Shown: positions 37,976-47,572 of the stretch, piece by piece
Layout of the letters: the number at the start of each line of letters is the position of its first letter
Position numbering within the stretch: the first letter of the stretch is position 1
Origin: Alphaproteobacteria bacterium
Lineage (GTDB): Bacteria; Pseudomonadota; Alphaproteobacteria; SHVV01
Length of the DNA stretch: 64,000 bases
NCBI GenBank assembly: GCA_965261735.1
Contig: OZ253470.1
Coordinates: forward strand, 2,048,001-2,112,000
Reading direction: 5' to 3'
Made by a program: the position numbers and the translations under genes
The notes under the pieces: model-generated
Seen by the model: only the letters and a program-made list of their open reading frames with translations
Database searches by the model: none
What the model was told of the DNA's origin: nothing

Positions 37976-39186
37976 ACACGGCGCAGACCGGCACGGGCGC
38001 GCTCGCCGGCTGGCGCGTCGTCGACCTGTCGCGCATCCTCGGTGGGCCGTTGTGCGGGCAGATACTCGGCGATCACGGCGCCGAGGTCATCAAAGTCGAG
38101 CCGCCCCATGGCGACGACACGCGCGGCTGGGGGCCGCCCTTCCAGGATGGCGAGAGTGCCTACTACACCGGCCTCAACCGTAACAAGCGGAGCATCTCGC
38201 TCGATCTGTCGCGGGCCCAGGGCCGCGAGGTCCTGCTGCGCCTGCTCGAGGGCGCCGACGTCCTCCTCGAGAACTTCAAGATCGGCACCATGGAGGGCTG
38301 GGGGCTCGGCTACGAGGAGGTCCTCAAGGAGCGCTTCCCGCGCCTCATCTATTGCCGCATCTCCGGCTTCGGCGCCGACGGGCCCTATGGCGGGCTGCCC
38401 GGATACGACGGCGTGGCGCAGGCGCTGAGTGGGCTGATGAGCGTCAACGGCACGCCACAGTCGGGGCCGACGCGGATCGGCGTCGCGCTCGTCGACCAGG
38501 GCACCGGCATGATGGCGGCGATCGCGGTGCTGGCGGCGGCGCAGGAGCGCACGCGCTCGGGCCTCGGCCAGTTCATCGAGGCGACCCTATTCGACACCGG
38601 GGTGAGCCTGCTCCACCCCTATGCCTATAATTGGTTCATGTCGAACAAGCCGCCCGTGCTCACCGGCAACGAGCACGCCAACGTCGTGCCCTACAACAAA
38701 TTCGAGACGGCCACCGGGCCGATCTTCCTCACCGCCGCCAACGACCGCCAGTTCCGCCGCCTGTGTCATGAGATCGGCGAGCCGGACCTGGCCGAGGACG
38801 CCCGCTTTCTCAGCAACGCCGACCGCGTCGCCAACCGCGCGGCGCTCGCCGAGGCCCTGGCGGGGGCGCTCGAGGACAGGAACGGAGAGGCTGTGTGCAA
38901 GGCCCTCCTGGCGGCCGGGATCGCCGCCGGGCCGGTGCTCGATACACCTGCGGTCCTCAACCATCCGCACACGCGCCACCGCGACATGGTGGTCGAGATC
39001 GACGGCTATCGCGGCACCGGGATCCCCGTGAAGCTGAGCCGCACGCCAGGCTCGGTGCGCCGCGCGCCGCCGCGGTTCGGCGATTCGGGCCGCGCCGTGC
39101 TCGCCGAGGCCGGCTACGGCGCGGCCGAGATCGAGGCGCTGGTCGAGGCCGGCGTGCTGGTCGAAACCCGGCGTACGCTGACGTGA
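37972..39186 (+). CDS. CaiB/BaiF class III CoA-transferase
   Basis: DLSRILGGP, GAEVIKVEPP.GDDTRGWGPP, NRNKRS, PGYD; TTG start overlapping the upstream stop. Confidence 0.9.
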   Translation: MNTAQTGTGALAGWRVVDLSRILGGPLCGQILGDHGAEVIKVEPPHGDDTRGWGPPFQDGESAYYTGLNRNKRSISLDLSRAQGREVLLRLLEGADVLLENFKIGTMEGWGLGYEEVLKERFPRLIYCRISGFGADGPYGGLPGYDGVAQALSGLMSVNGTPQSGPTRIGVALVDQGTGMMAAIAVLAAAQERTRSGLGQFIEATLFDTGVSLLHPYAYNWFMSNKPPVLTGNEHANVVPYNKFETATGPIFLTAANDRQFRRLCHEIGEPDLAEDARFLSNADRVANRAALAEALAGALEDRNGEAVCKALLAAGIAAGPVLDTPAVLNHPHTRHRDMVVEIDGYRGTGIPVKLSRTPGSVRRAPPRFGDSGRAVLAEAGYGAAEIEALVEAGVLVETRRTLT

Positions 39187-39191
39187 CCGCC

Positions 39192-39620
39192 ATGAGGGGG
39201 CTGCTCCGCGCGCTGCCGACAATGCTCTTCCTGGCCACGGCCGTGCTCGGGGGGTCGCTCGAGGTCGATGCGGCCGGCGGCGGCGGTGGTGGCGAGAGCA
39301 GCCAGCCCGAGGGCACCGTGGTCTTCATCAAGCTCGACCCTTTCCAGGTGCCCGTGGTGCAGGACGGCAAGCTCAAGGGGCGTATCGTCGTCGTCCTCAA
39401 CCTCGAGACCAAGGTGGGCCCCGAGCGGAACAGGGCCGAGCACTATCTGCCAAGGATGAGGGCCGAGTTCCTCACCTTCCTGCGGCGCTACGGCAGCCTC
39501 GACCGCGGCGCCCGGATCAACATCAATCTGATCAAGGCGCGCCTGCAGCGAATCGCAGACGACGTCGTCGGCCCCGACACCGTGGTCGTGCTGATCCGCG
39601 AGGCGACGCGCGTCAGGTAG
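39192..39620 (+). CDS. FliL-like protein
   Basis: N-terminal TM/signal, Gly run, FIKLDPFQVP, PRMRAEF, IKARL. Confidence 0.6.
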   Translation: MRGLLRALPTMLFLATAVLGGSLEVDAAGGGGGGESSQPEGTVVFIKLDPFQVPVVQDGKLKGRIVVVLNLETKVGPERNRAEHYLPRMRAEFLTFLRRYGSLDRGARININLIKARLQRIADDVVGPDTVVVLIREATRVR

Positions 39621-39635
39621 CGCCGCCCGCCGCCG

Positions 39636-40325
39636 TCAGTGATCGAGCCAGATCGCGAGGAAGCGGTTGAGCCAGCCGGGAATCGCGCGCTCGTGGCGGC
39701 GGCGGTGGCGGAATTGCTCGTCGCGCGATTGCGCCCCGGGCAGCGTCAGGCGATGCGCGGCCGCCGTGGTCCATCGCTTCATGATCGCCCCCGTTACCTC
39801 GGGGTGAAACTGGATGCCGTAGGCGTTCTTCCAGCGGAAGGCCTGGTTGGTGAAGGTCTCGCCCTCGGCGAGCAGGGTCGCGCCCGGCGGAAGGTCGAAG
39901 CCCTCGCGGTGCCATTGGTAGAAATGGGTCTCCTCATTCAACACATGCCGGCCAGCCGACGTCGGCCGCACGGGGAAGTAGCCGATCTCGCACCTGCCCT
40001 CGGGGTGCTCCTCGACCCGGGCCCCGAGGGCGCGCGCGAGCAGTTGGCCGCCGAGGCAGATGCCGAGAAACGGCTTGCCCGAATCGAGCGCCGTCGGAAT
40101 CCACGCGAGCTCGGTGCGCAGGAAGTCGTGATCGTCGTTGGCGCTCATCGGTCCGCCGAACACGATGGCGGCCGCGTGATCATCGAGCGTTTCGGGGAGC
40201 GCATCGCCGCCACTCGGCCGGCGGACGTCGAGCCGGTAGCCCATGCGTGCGAGCGATCGACCGACCCGCCCCGTGTTGGAGCCCGCGCTATGGACGACGA
40301 GAAGGACCTTGCCCCGCATGGCCAC
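39636..40325 (-). CDS. class I glutamine amidotransferase
   Basis: GGPMSAND, LGICLGGQ nucleophile, QFHPE. Confidence 0.88.
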   Translation of the reverse strand: MAMRGKVLLVVHSAGSNTGRVGRSLARMGYRLDVRRPSGGDALPETLDDHAAAIVFGGPMSANDDHDFLRTELAWIPTALDSGKPFLGICLGGQLLARALGARVEEHPEGRCEIGYFPVRPTSAGRHVLNEETHFYQWHREGFDLPPGATLLAEGETFTNQAFRWKNAYGIQFHPEVTGAIMKRWTTAAAHRLTLPGAQSRDEQFRHRRRHERAIPGWLNRFLAIWLDH

Positions 40326-40423
40326 ACCTAGATAAGGGTTGCGGCGGTGCGGGGCAAGCCGCAGGCGCGGCGCGCCAAGCGCCGTAGAGTATGCGACCTC
40401 AAATATCCCAAGCGGGGAACACG

Positions 40424-41665
40424 ATGAGATACCGTCTTGCCCAACTGCTCGCGGTCATCGTACCGGCCCTCGTCCTTGCACCAGCGGTACAGGCGCAGGG
40501 CGTTAGCGATCAGACCGTCGGCCAGCGTATTCATATCCGCGCCGCCGACCTGCCGGCGCCCTACGCCACGCCGAGCACCGGCAACCCCGCGCGACGCATC
40601 GCCCGCCCCGCGGCGCCGAGGTGGAACCTGCCGCCGGGCTTCCGCGCCAACCTCTTCGCCGACGGCCTCGATCACGCGCGCTGGATGGCGGTGGCGGCGA
40701 ACGGTGATGTCTTCCTCGCCGAGCCCCGGGCCGGGCGCATTACGGTCCTGCGCGACGGCGACGGCGACGGAGCTGCGGAAACGGTGGCGCCGTTCGCGCG
40801 CGGGCTCGGGCGCGTGCATGGCCTCGCCTTCCACGGCGGCTACCTGTATTTCGCGGACACCGGTCAGGTATGGCGCTTCGCCTATCGACCCGGCGACCTG
40901 CGCGCCGCGGCGCCGCCCGAGCCCGTAACCTCGGCGGCCGCGCTCGGGGCGGGCGGGGGCCACTGGACGCGCAACATCGCCTTCGGCCCCGACGGCCGCC
41001 ACTTCTACGTCTCCGTCGGTAGCCGCGGCAATATCGGGATGGAGGCGCCGCCGCGCGCCACCGTGCAGCGCTTCGATACGGACGGCGGTGGCCAGATCAC
41101 GTTCGCGCACGGCCTACGCAATCCCGTCGGCATCGCCATCCATCCCGGCTCCGGCGACCTCTACGTCGTCGTCAACGAGCGCGACGGGCTCGGCGACGGG
41201 CTGGTGCCGGACTACCTCGCCCGCATCGTCGAGGACGCCTTCTACGGTTGGCCCTACGCCTATGTCGGGCCCAACCCCGACCCCACCTTCGGCGCCCGCC
41301 AGCCGGCGCTGGTTGCCAGGACGCGCGTGCCCGAGGTGCTGTTCCGCTCCCATTCGGCGCCGCTCGGCCTCGTCTTCTACGATGCCGGCCAGTTTCCCGG
41401 CGACTACCGCGGCGACGCCTTCGTCGCCCTGCACGGCTCGTGGAACGCCTCGCGCCCGACCGGCTACAGCATCGTCCGCGTGCCCTTCGCCGAGGGCCGG
41501 CCGCAGGGGCATTACGAGATCTTCGCCAGCGGCTTCTGGGCCTCCGGCGAGCGCACCGCTCAGGTCTGGGGCCGCCCCGCCGGCCTCGCCGTGGCCCGCG
41601 ACGGCAGCCTGCTCGTCGCGGACGACGTCGGCCAGGTGGTCTGGCGCCTCAGCTACGGCGAGTGA
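40424..41665 (+). CDS. PQQ-dependent sugar/sorbosone dehydrogenase family beta-propeller
   Basis: signal peptide; GHWTR, GLRNPVG, NERDGLGD, FYGWPY, HSAPLGL, HGSWN. Confidence 0.88.
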   Translation: MRYRLAQLLAVIVPALVLAPAVQAQGVSDQTVGQRIHIRAADLPAPYATPSTGNPARRIARPAAPRWNLPPGFRANLFADGLDHARWMAVAANGDVFLAEPRAGRITVLRDGDGDGAAETVAPFARGLGRVHGLAFHGGYLYFADTGQVWRFAYRPGDLRAAAPPEPVTSAAALGAGGGHWTRNIAFGPDGRHFYVSVGSRGNIGMEAPPRATVQRFDTDGGGQITFAHGLRNPVGIAIHPGSGDLYVVVNERDGLGDGLVPDYLARIVEDAFYGWPYAYVGPNPDPTFGARQPALVARTRVPEVLFRSHSAPLGLVFYDAGQFPGDYRGDAFVALHGSWNASRPTGYSIVRVPFAEGRPQGHYEIFASGFWASGERTAQVWGRPAGLAVARDGSLLVADDVGQVVWRLSYGE

Positions 41666-41844
41666 GGGGGCACTTTGCGCTATCAACTAGGCGCTTTGTC
41701 GCGCTGCCTGTCGGTGGTTTCGTCTTGCACGATCTTGTCTCGCCGAAAGGTGTGAGCTCGATGCTCCGCTGGTCCTCGCGCTGACGGATCGATAGCTGAC
41801 TGGGGGTCAACTATTGATCTACAGCATTGACAGGTTGCGCGCTT

Positions 41845-42208
41845 TGGAGGCGATTGGCTACAAGGCGGAACTACTCCCGCAGGTCTGCGAAGTCTATCTT
41901 GACGCACGCGATGCAGGTGTCCTGCTGCCCTCGCAAGAGCGAACAGGTGCTGTCTGTGAACTACTCATGCGTGGGCTGGCCCACGTAGGGATCATCGCGT
42001 TAGTAGATGAGGCGACCAGCTACCAGGAGATACGCGATAGGAAATCCCTTAATCGGCTTCTCGACAAATACCTCTTGGCGCAACAGGCCAAGTGGTCGAA
42101 GCGTTTCCCGGACGAGTTCTACAAGGAAATTTTCCGCCTGCGTGGATGGGAGTGGCAGGGCATGAGGGTAAACCGACCCCAAGTCGTCGGACACTATACA
42201 AATGACAT
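41845..42208 (+). pseudogene. P63C-domain protein fragment, cut by IS1595
   Basis: LAHVGIIALVDEAT.YQ, W.KRFPDEFY.EIFRLRGW, PQVVGHYTNDI; ends exactly at the IS terminus. Confidence 0.75.
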
Positions 42209-42255
42209 CGCGATTATCAACTTGACACGTCACGGCGGGCGAGTACGCTTCGGGC

Positions 42256-42771
42256 ATGGACCAGAGCAAGATTCTCCTGGGCAAGGCCCTGTACGTGGTG
42301 CGGCTTCTGGGCTGGTTGTTGTTCTTCGGAGGTCTCGTATGGAGCGTCGTCTCATGGATTTGGGGCGGAGGCTTGAAGGAGTTGAGCACACCGGAATATG
42401 CCGCCTTCACTGCCATGTTCAGTGTGGCGTTCATTTATATGAGCTGGCATCTGCACCAGCCTTTCCGCCCATCCAATCGCTTGGGAGGTATGACCGATGA
42501 ATTCACCAGCGTGCGGGTCAGTCTTGAATGGTATGTGAACCCCGGCCGAATTGGGCAGGTAGAAATAGAAGGGCGTAATGAGGAAAACGTTCGCAAACTA
42601 GCGAGAGCTTTAGACGGATTACGTATTCCCCATCCACCTGTGACAGGGAAGGGGATCACTGCGGGCTGGCACAGATTTCTCGTCCGCCTTGGTGCTGAAG
42701 CGAGAGTTCGGAACATACGCGGCGCTCGGCGCCTATGGGGAAAGATGCAATCGGAGGCGGGCGGTGAATAA
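42256..42771 (+). CDS. IS passenger: two-TM hypothetical membrane protein
   Basis: lower-GC ORF with two hydrophobic helices inside the IR pair. Confidence 0.6.
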   Translation: MDQSKILLGKALYVVRLLGWLLFFGGLVWSVVSWIWGGGLKELSTPEYAAFTAMFSVAFIYMSWHLHQPFRPSNRLGGMTDEFTSVRVSLEWYVNPGRIGQVEIEGRNEENVRKLARALDGLRIPHPPVTGKGITAGWHRFLVRLGAEARVRNIRGARRLWGKMQSEAGGE

Positions 42772-42833
42772 AGACAATGCCTATCCGCCCGAGATCGCAT
42801 GGCAACGCTTCGATGCGCTCTTGGACCGGATGC

Positions 42834-43688
42834 TTAGAAGCGGGCCACCAGATCGCCAAACATCGTTCCAGGCCGCTTCCGGCGGTTATAGCGATACTCA
42901 AACTCCTTCACATACTTCTGAAGGTGCTTCCCGGACACATGAACGTGCGTCCCGCGAATCGACAGCTTCAACCGCGCCCAAAAGCCCTCAATCGAGTTCA
43001 CATGGCTAGAGCTGCGCGCGTACTGGCCCGCGCTGTGGTTGACGGTCTGGTGCGTATACCCAATCGTCGCCAATCCGCTGTAAGACTTGAGTTCGTCAGT
43101 ATGAACGGTGCTACCCGGCTCGACGTTCTCGGAGATAAACGCCTGCAAAGTCCGCTTTCGAACGTTCGGGACAACGTTCGCCATCACGTCGCCGTCGCGC
43201 TCCAGCATCCCGAACACCACGGTCTTGTTCAGAGCGCCGCGACCGCGCTTGCCACCGGTCGTACGGCCACCAACATAGGTCTCGTCGGCTTCAATATCGC
43301 CGTCCAGCGGCCACTCTCCGTCAGTATTAGCCATGTGCTTGCGGATCAAATGGCCCATGCGCCAAGCCGTGGGATAGGACACGTCAAGTTGGCGCTCCAG
43401 TTCCTTCGCGGGGACGCCGTGGCGCGATGTGGTGAACAGGACTATGGCGTAGAACCACTTGTGAAGCGGCAGATGCGTGCGGTGCATGAATGTGCCTGCG
43501 CACGGATAAATGTGGTGTTTGCAGTGCTGGCAGAGATACGCGCGATCACGTGCCAGGCGGTAGAACTTCCCATGCGCCCCGCACTTCGGGCAGTCAATCT
43601 CGGTGCCGCCGTAACGCTTCACCATTATGTGGTGAAGGCACGCCTCGTCATCGGGAAACTGCTGCTGAAAATCGTAGAAAGTCGTCAT
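42834..43688 (-). CDS. IS1595-family DDE transposase
   Basis: FPDDEAC, CPKC/CQHC zinc ribbon, EADETY, VHTDE, VNHS, NSIEGFW, EFEYRYNRR; GGAGGA RBS. Confidence 0.92.
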   Translation of the reverse strand: MTTFYDFQQQFPDDEACLHHIMVKRYGGTEIDCPKCGAHGKFYRLARDRAYLCQHCKHHIYPCAGTFMHRTHLPLHKWFYAIVLFTTSRHGVPAKELERQLDVSYPTAWRMGHLIRKHMANTDGEWPLDGDIEADETYVGGRTTGGKRGRGALNKTVVFGMLERDGDVMANVVPNVRKRTLQAFISENVEPGSTVHTDELKSYSGLATIGYTHQTVNHSAGQYARSSSHVNSIEGFWARLKLSIRGTHVHVSGKHLQKYVKEFEYRYNRRKRPGTMFGDLVARF

Positions 43689-43884
43689 TATTTCCTCCTG
43701 TCCCCTGCATATGGGGATTGAGGCGTGACGTGTCAAGTTGATAATCGCGTAAAAATATGGTGCATTGATAGCGGTTATTATTCCGAACCTGGATTTCCCG
43801 ATAGAGTGCACTCTGTTGGCCTTCGACACCGATTCGTATACAGGAATCAATGTTTTGTGGCGATATAGAGGAATCGGTCATGGC

Positions 43885-44012
43885 GTGCCCATTGGATGGT
43901 GAAACTTGGACAGAAGCGACGCATTTCCTTCGGCGGCCGGCCGAGGGGCCGCTTGAGCAGGAGCGTGATGCACTCTTGTAGCGCTTGATCGGCGGGAGGG
44001 CGGATCGCGCCC
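43885..44012 (-). mobile_element. IS1380-family transposase remnant
   Basis: AIRPPADQALQECITLLLKRPLGRPPKEMRRFCPSFT resembles the IS1380 segment AIRLPAN..L..LL.RPVGRPP..VRR.Y.SF. Confidence 0.55.
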
Positions 44013-44197
44013 TTTTGATCAATACGCAATAGTGCTACCGTCTTCGTCGCTTGGGGGAACCAACTGGGAAATCCCGGTCAAGAGCGCTGGCTCGGGACCG
44101 CGCCCATGGCCCGGCCGGGTCGTCGGCGGAATGGGTAGGCGGGTCGGATACCGGCGGGCACGACGCGCGGACTGACGAAGGAAGGAGGCAGCACGGC

Positions 44198-44737
44198 ATG
44201 AGGGATACGAGCGCGGGAGCCGACCAGCCCATCGGCGCGACGCCGCAAGTAGGCGCGCCTGTATGCAGCGATGGGTTACCTGCGGTGAGGGACCACAGTC
44301 GACGACGGGCGCGACGACCGCACCTAGCGCGCGGCGTGGTGCTCGTGTTCGCGGCGGCGCTGAGCCTCGCCCTCGCCGTCGGTCCCGCGGCGGCGGGCGA
44401 CGCCGAGGCGGGCAAGAAAGTCTTCAAGAAGTGCGTGGCCTGCCACACCCTCGCGGAGGGTAAGAACAAGGTGGGACCGAGCTTGTTCGGCATCGTCGGC
44501 CGCCCGGCCGGCGTCGTCGCAAAGTACAAGTACTCCTCATCGATCAAGGCGGCGGCCGAGAAGGGGCTGGTGTGGACGGCCGAAAACATTATCGCCTATG
44601 TCGAGAACCCCAAGGAGTTCCTCAAGGCCTATCTCGGCGAGAAGAGGGTCAAGAACAAGATGGTCTTCAAGCTCAAGAGCCTGCCGCAGCGCGAGAATGT
44701 GGCCGCCTACCTCGAGCAGGTTGCAAAGACGAACTAG
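44198..44737 (+). CDS. class I cytochrome c (c2-like)
   Basis: signal ..AAA/GDAEAGKKVFKKCVACH, KVGPSL, KNKM axial Met; start uncertain (44198 or 44285). Confidence 0.9.
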   Translation: MRDTSAGADQPIGATPQVGAPVCSDGLPAVRDHSRRRARRPHLARGVVLVFAAALSLALAVGPAAAGDAEAGKKVFKKCVACHTLAEGKNKVGPSLFGIVGRPAGVVAKYKYSSSIKAAAEKGLVWTAENIIAYVENPKEFLKAYLGEKRVKNKMVFKLKSLPQRENVAAYLEQVAKTN

Positions 44738-44809
44738 GCCTGCATTGCTATCGAACGGCCGGATTCCGAGTCATGGAGGGCAACAGCGCGGCGTCCTTTC
44801 GATGAGCTT

Positions 44810-44896
44810 TCAGTTGTCGAGCGACCGGACGAGCCGCCATACGGCATACATGATCAGCCCGCCCAAGATCAAACCGACTATCAACCCCGTCCACAT
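44810..44896 (-). CDS. 28-aa single-TM small protein
   Basis: MWTGLIVGLILGGLIMYAVWRLVRSLDN*. Confidence 0.4.
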   Translation of the reverse strand: MWTGLIVGLILGGLIMYAVWRLVRSLDN

Positions 44897-45055
44897 CGAT
44901 ATCCGCCCCAATTAGCCCGCCCCTCTATACCCACACGTCGGGGTGCGGTCACGCATTGACAAATGTGCCGATCGGTATGGCTCGAGGATCCGGCTCTTTC
45001 GTAGCCGACAACTCGGGCAGGTGTTGAGCGTTTCAGCGGGCGGTAAAGACTTTTC

Positions 45056-46098
45056 CTTGCCTATCCGGTTTACACCCACACCCACTAGGGCTAGAATGGG
45101 CGCAAACCGGATATAGGGGAGCGCGCCATGGATGTTCTCGACCGCGCCGATCTCCCATTCCCGCATTCGCTACCCGAGTTCCAGCGACTTTTCCCCGATG
45201 ATGCGGCCTGCGCCGCCTACCTGGAGAAAGCCCGCTGGGGAGACGGCTTTGCGCTGCCGCAAGTGCCGCCAGAACACCGGGCTGACGGTGGGAACAGTGA
45301 TGGAGCGTAGCCACACTCCGCTGAACGTCTGGTTCTGGGCCGCTTATCTGGTCGCCAGTCAGACGCCCGGCATGTCCGCCGTGCAGTTTCAGCGGCAACT
45401 TGGTCTTTCGCGCTACGAGACGGCCTTTCAAATTCTCCACAAGCTCCGCTCGGGCATGGTGCGGCCCAACCAAGACAGGATCGGTGGACAGCCCAAGAAC
45501 CATGTTGAGGTGGACGAAACCTGGGTTGGCGGGCGAACGCGTGGGGAAGGCCGTGGTGTTCACCACAAGGTTCCCGTCTCCTGTGCCATTGAGGTGCGTC
45601 ATCGAAAGCCGGGCACCAAGCTCGACAACCGGAAAGACGGACGCTATGCCGGACGCGTTCGGCTCGCCGTCGTGCTCGACCGTAGCGCCGAGTCGCTCTG
45701 TGGGTTCGTCGAGAGCACCGTCGCGCCGCGATCGCTGATCGTTACTGACGATTGGAGCGGCTATGCTGGCCTCGGTAAGCGCGGCTATGAGCACTTCGCT
45801 GTTGCCGAGTGTGGTGATCCAGAGGTTGCCGAGCAATACCTGCCGATCATCCATCTGATTTTCGCCAACCTGAAGACGTGGCTGATCGGTATCCACCACG
45901 GCGTTAGCCACCAGCACCTACAAGCCTACCTCAACGAGTTCACCTTCCGCTTCAACAGGCGGTTCTACCCGTTCAACGCCTTCCGCTCATTGCTCGGCAT
46001 CGCGGGCGACACCTCTGCTCCAACCTATGCCGAGCTTTACTCGGGAGAGTGGCGGCACCCTACATGTAGCGGTCATGGGTGTTAACCGGATAGGCAAG
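45056..46098 (+). mobile_element. IS1595 (ISSod11-like ends), copy 1; transposase broken by a 62-bp deletion
   Basis: IRs CTTGCCTATCCGGTT../..AACCGGATAGGCAAG; 8-bp TSD GACTTTTC; lacks the segment equal to 52559-52620 of copy 2. Confidence 0.92.
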
Positions 46099-46749
46099 GA
46101 CTTTTCTTTCCGCTCGTTCCTTCGGAACGCTACCCTCTTAGGCTCGGTAACGGTTTATAAGGGCCTCAAGAACCTAGGTTGCCCAAAACTCAGTACCGGG
46201 AATGCTGGTGCTTTGAGCCGGCAGCCCTAAAGATTTACGAGAATACCTACTAATCCCAACGAAAGGACAATAATCGCGATTATTGCGGCGACCGTTCCCA
46301 CATGTCGTAGCTCGAAATGATTAGACGTCATTGTCGGTTGCTCCCGTTGCCTTGTATGGCTTTCATCCACCCCGCTGCCATCGCTTGCGTTCAAGGTGAT
46401 TGTCGGGCCTCGAAATCTCTCGGGCCGAATGCTTCGCTCATCGTCACAGCCACTTCAACCTCGTCATGCCAGTCTCAAATCATAACGCATTCCCCGCGAT
46501 CCGAAAACCATTGGATGCACCCGGCTCCAATCTGTTCGACACTCGCCCTGGATTCTTATTAGCAGACAGACGGCACACCGCGAGCGACGTCGCAACGATT
46601 GTTCAACGCCCCAGCGGACAGCCGCACGTTTTCACGTGCTACCTTGTTTGGCAGTCATATCGATGGGTCAATTTGGCCTCCGGCTCGACCCGAATTGCGG
46701 CGTGGAACGGAGCATCAGCAGGGACGCCCACGAATCACCCGCATGAGCA

Positions 46750-47243
46750 ATGGTCGAATCGACGGCTCAGGCGGTCGCCGAGGCGTTCCGCACCCTGAGG
46801 AAGAGCTCGGCGACGATCAGGTTCGGTACCCACGCGAGCCAGGGCTGAAGTCGTTGATCTTGCGGGTAACCTTGCGAAATATGTTAGGCGCATCGAGCGT
46901 CAGCACCGTGTCGCGCCGTTCCTCGGGCTTGCCTCTGTCGAGGAGCCAGAGTTCGCAGGGCACCGCATCCAGTATTCAAGCACCCTTCGGATGGGACCCG
47001 GCGGTAACATCATGATGGACGTCACCTACGGCGAGAAACCATACCGCGTCGTGATTCTGCGTGAGGTCATCAACGACACGGATGGTTCATCAACCGGTAA
47101 ATCCAGAAGAAGTTGCGCGCGCGGTTAGCGCCCGGCTGCGTGTCTACGTTGCAACCGCCGAGCGAGCGATCAAGGCGGGCCGAATCTCAGACAACGGCTA
47201 CGTGTTCCTATCGCACGAGAAGTTCGAGCCCGGGACGTTCTAG
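46750..47243 (+). pseudogene. decayed hypothetical CDS (several frameshifts)
   Basis: protein-like segments AEVVDLAGNL..NIMMDVTYGEKPYRVVILREVINDT and MVHQPVNPEE..EPGTF* in different frames. Confidence 0.35.
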
Positions 47244-47572
47244 TGAGCCCCGCCGCAGCAACACGCGGGTGCAATGGCTGCACTATGTGCTGCAAGTTGC
47301 TCAGCATCGCCGAGCTTGCGAAGCCGAGACTCAAGTGGTGTCAACACTGCGCACCGGGGGTTGGGTGTCGGATTTACCCGGACCGGCCGCCATCATGTCG
47401 TGCATTTGTCTGCGGCTACTTGGGCGACAACAACTACGGAGAACATTGGCGCCCATCGGTCTGCAAGATGGTGGTGGCATTTGAAGAGCACGCGAACCGT
47501 CCGGACCTACTGATTACGAATCAGCTAAGTCCGCCAGGCCGACACTGTCGAGGTTCGTACGTGCGCCGCTAG
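47243..47572 (+). CDS. Cys-rich CxxCxxCC (YkgJ-like) protein, probably 3'-truncated
   Basis: CNGCTMCC, WCQHC, GCRIY.DRP.SCRAF.C. Confidence 0.6.
   Translation: MSPAAATRGCNGCTMCCKLLSIAELAKPRLKWCQHCAPGVGCRIYPDRPPSCRAFVCGYLGDNNYGEHWRPSVCKMVVAFEEHANRPDLLITNQLSPPGRHCRGSYVRR

Larger units (their letters stand above)
42209..43749 (-). mobile_element. IS1595-family element with passenger genes (ISNwi1-like ends)
   Basis: perfect 26-bp terminal IR CGCGATTATCAACTTGACACGTCACG (42209-42234 / 43724-43749); no matching TSD. Confidence 0.85.

Noticed and set aside
41670-41835. Additional IS1595-like termini (GCGCTATCAAC; GGGGTCAACTAT)
   Set aside because: No partner inverted repeat or TSD found.
46740-47050. 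ISAs1 transposase remnant (MDVTYGE, NGRID)
   Set aside because: The matches are very short, the HW motif is missing, and the segment reads better as part of an unrelated decayed CDS.
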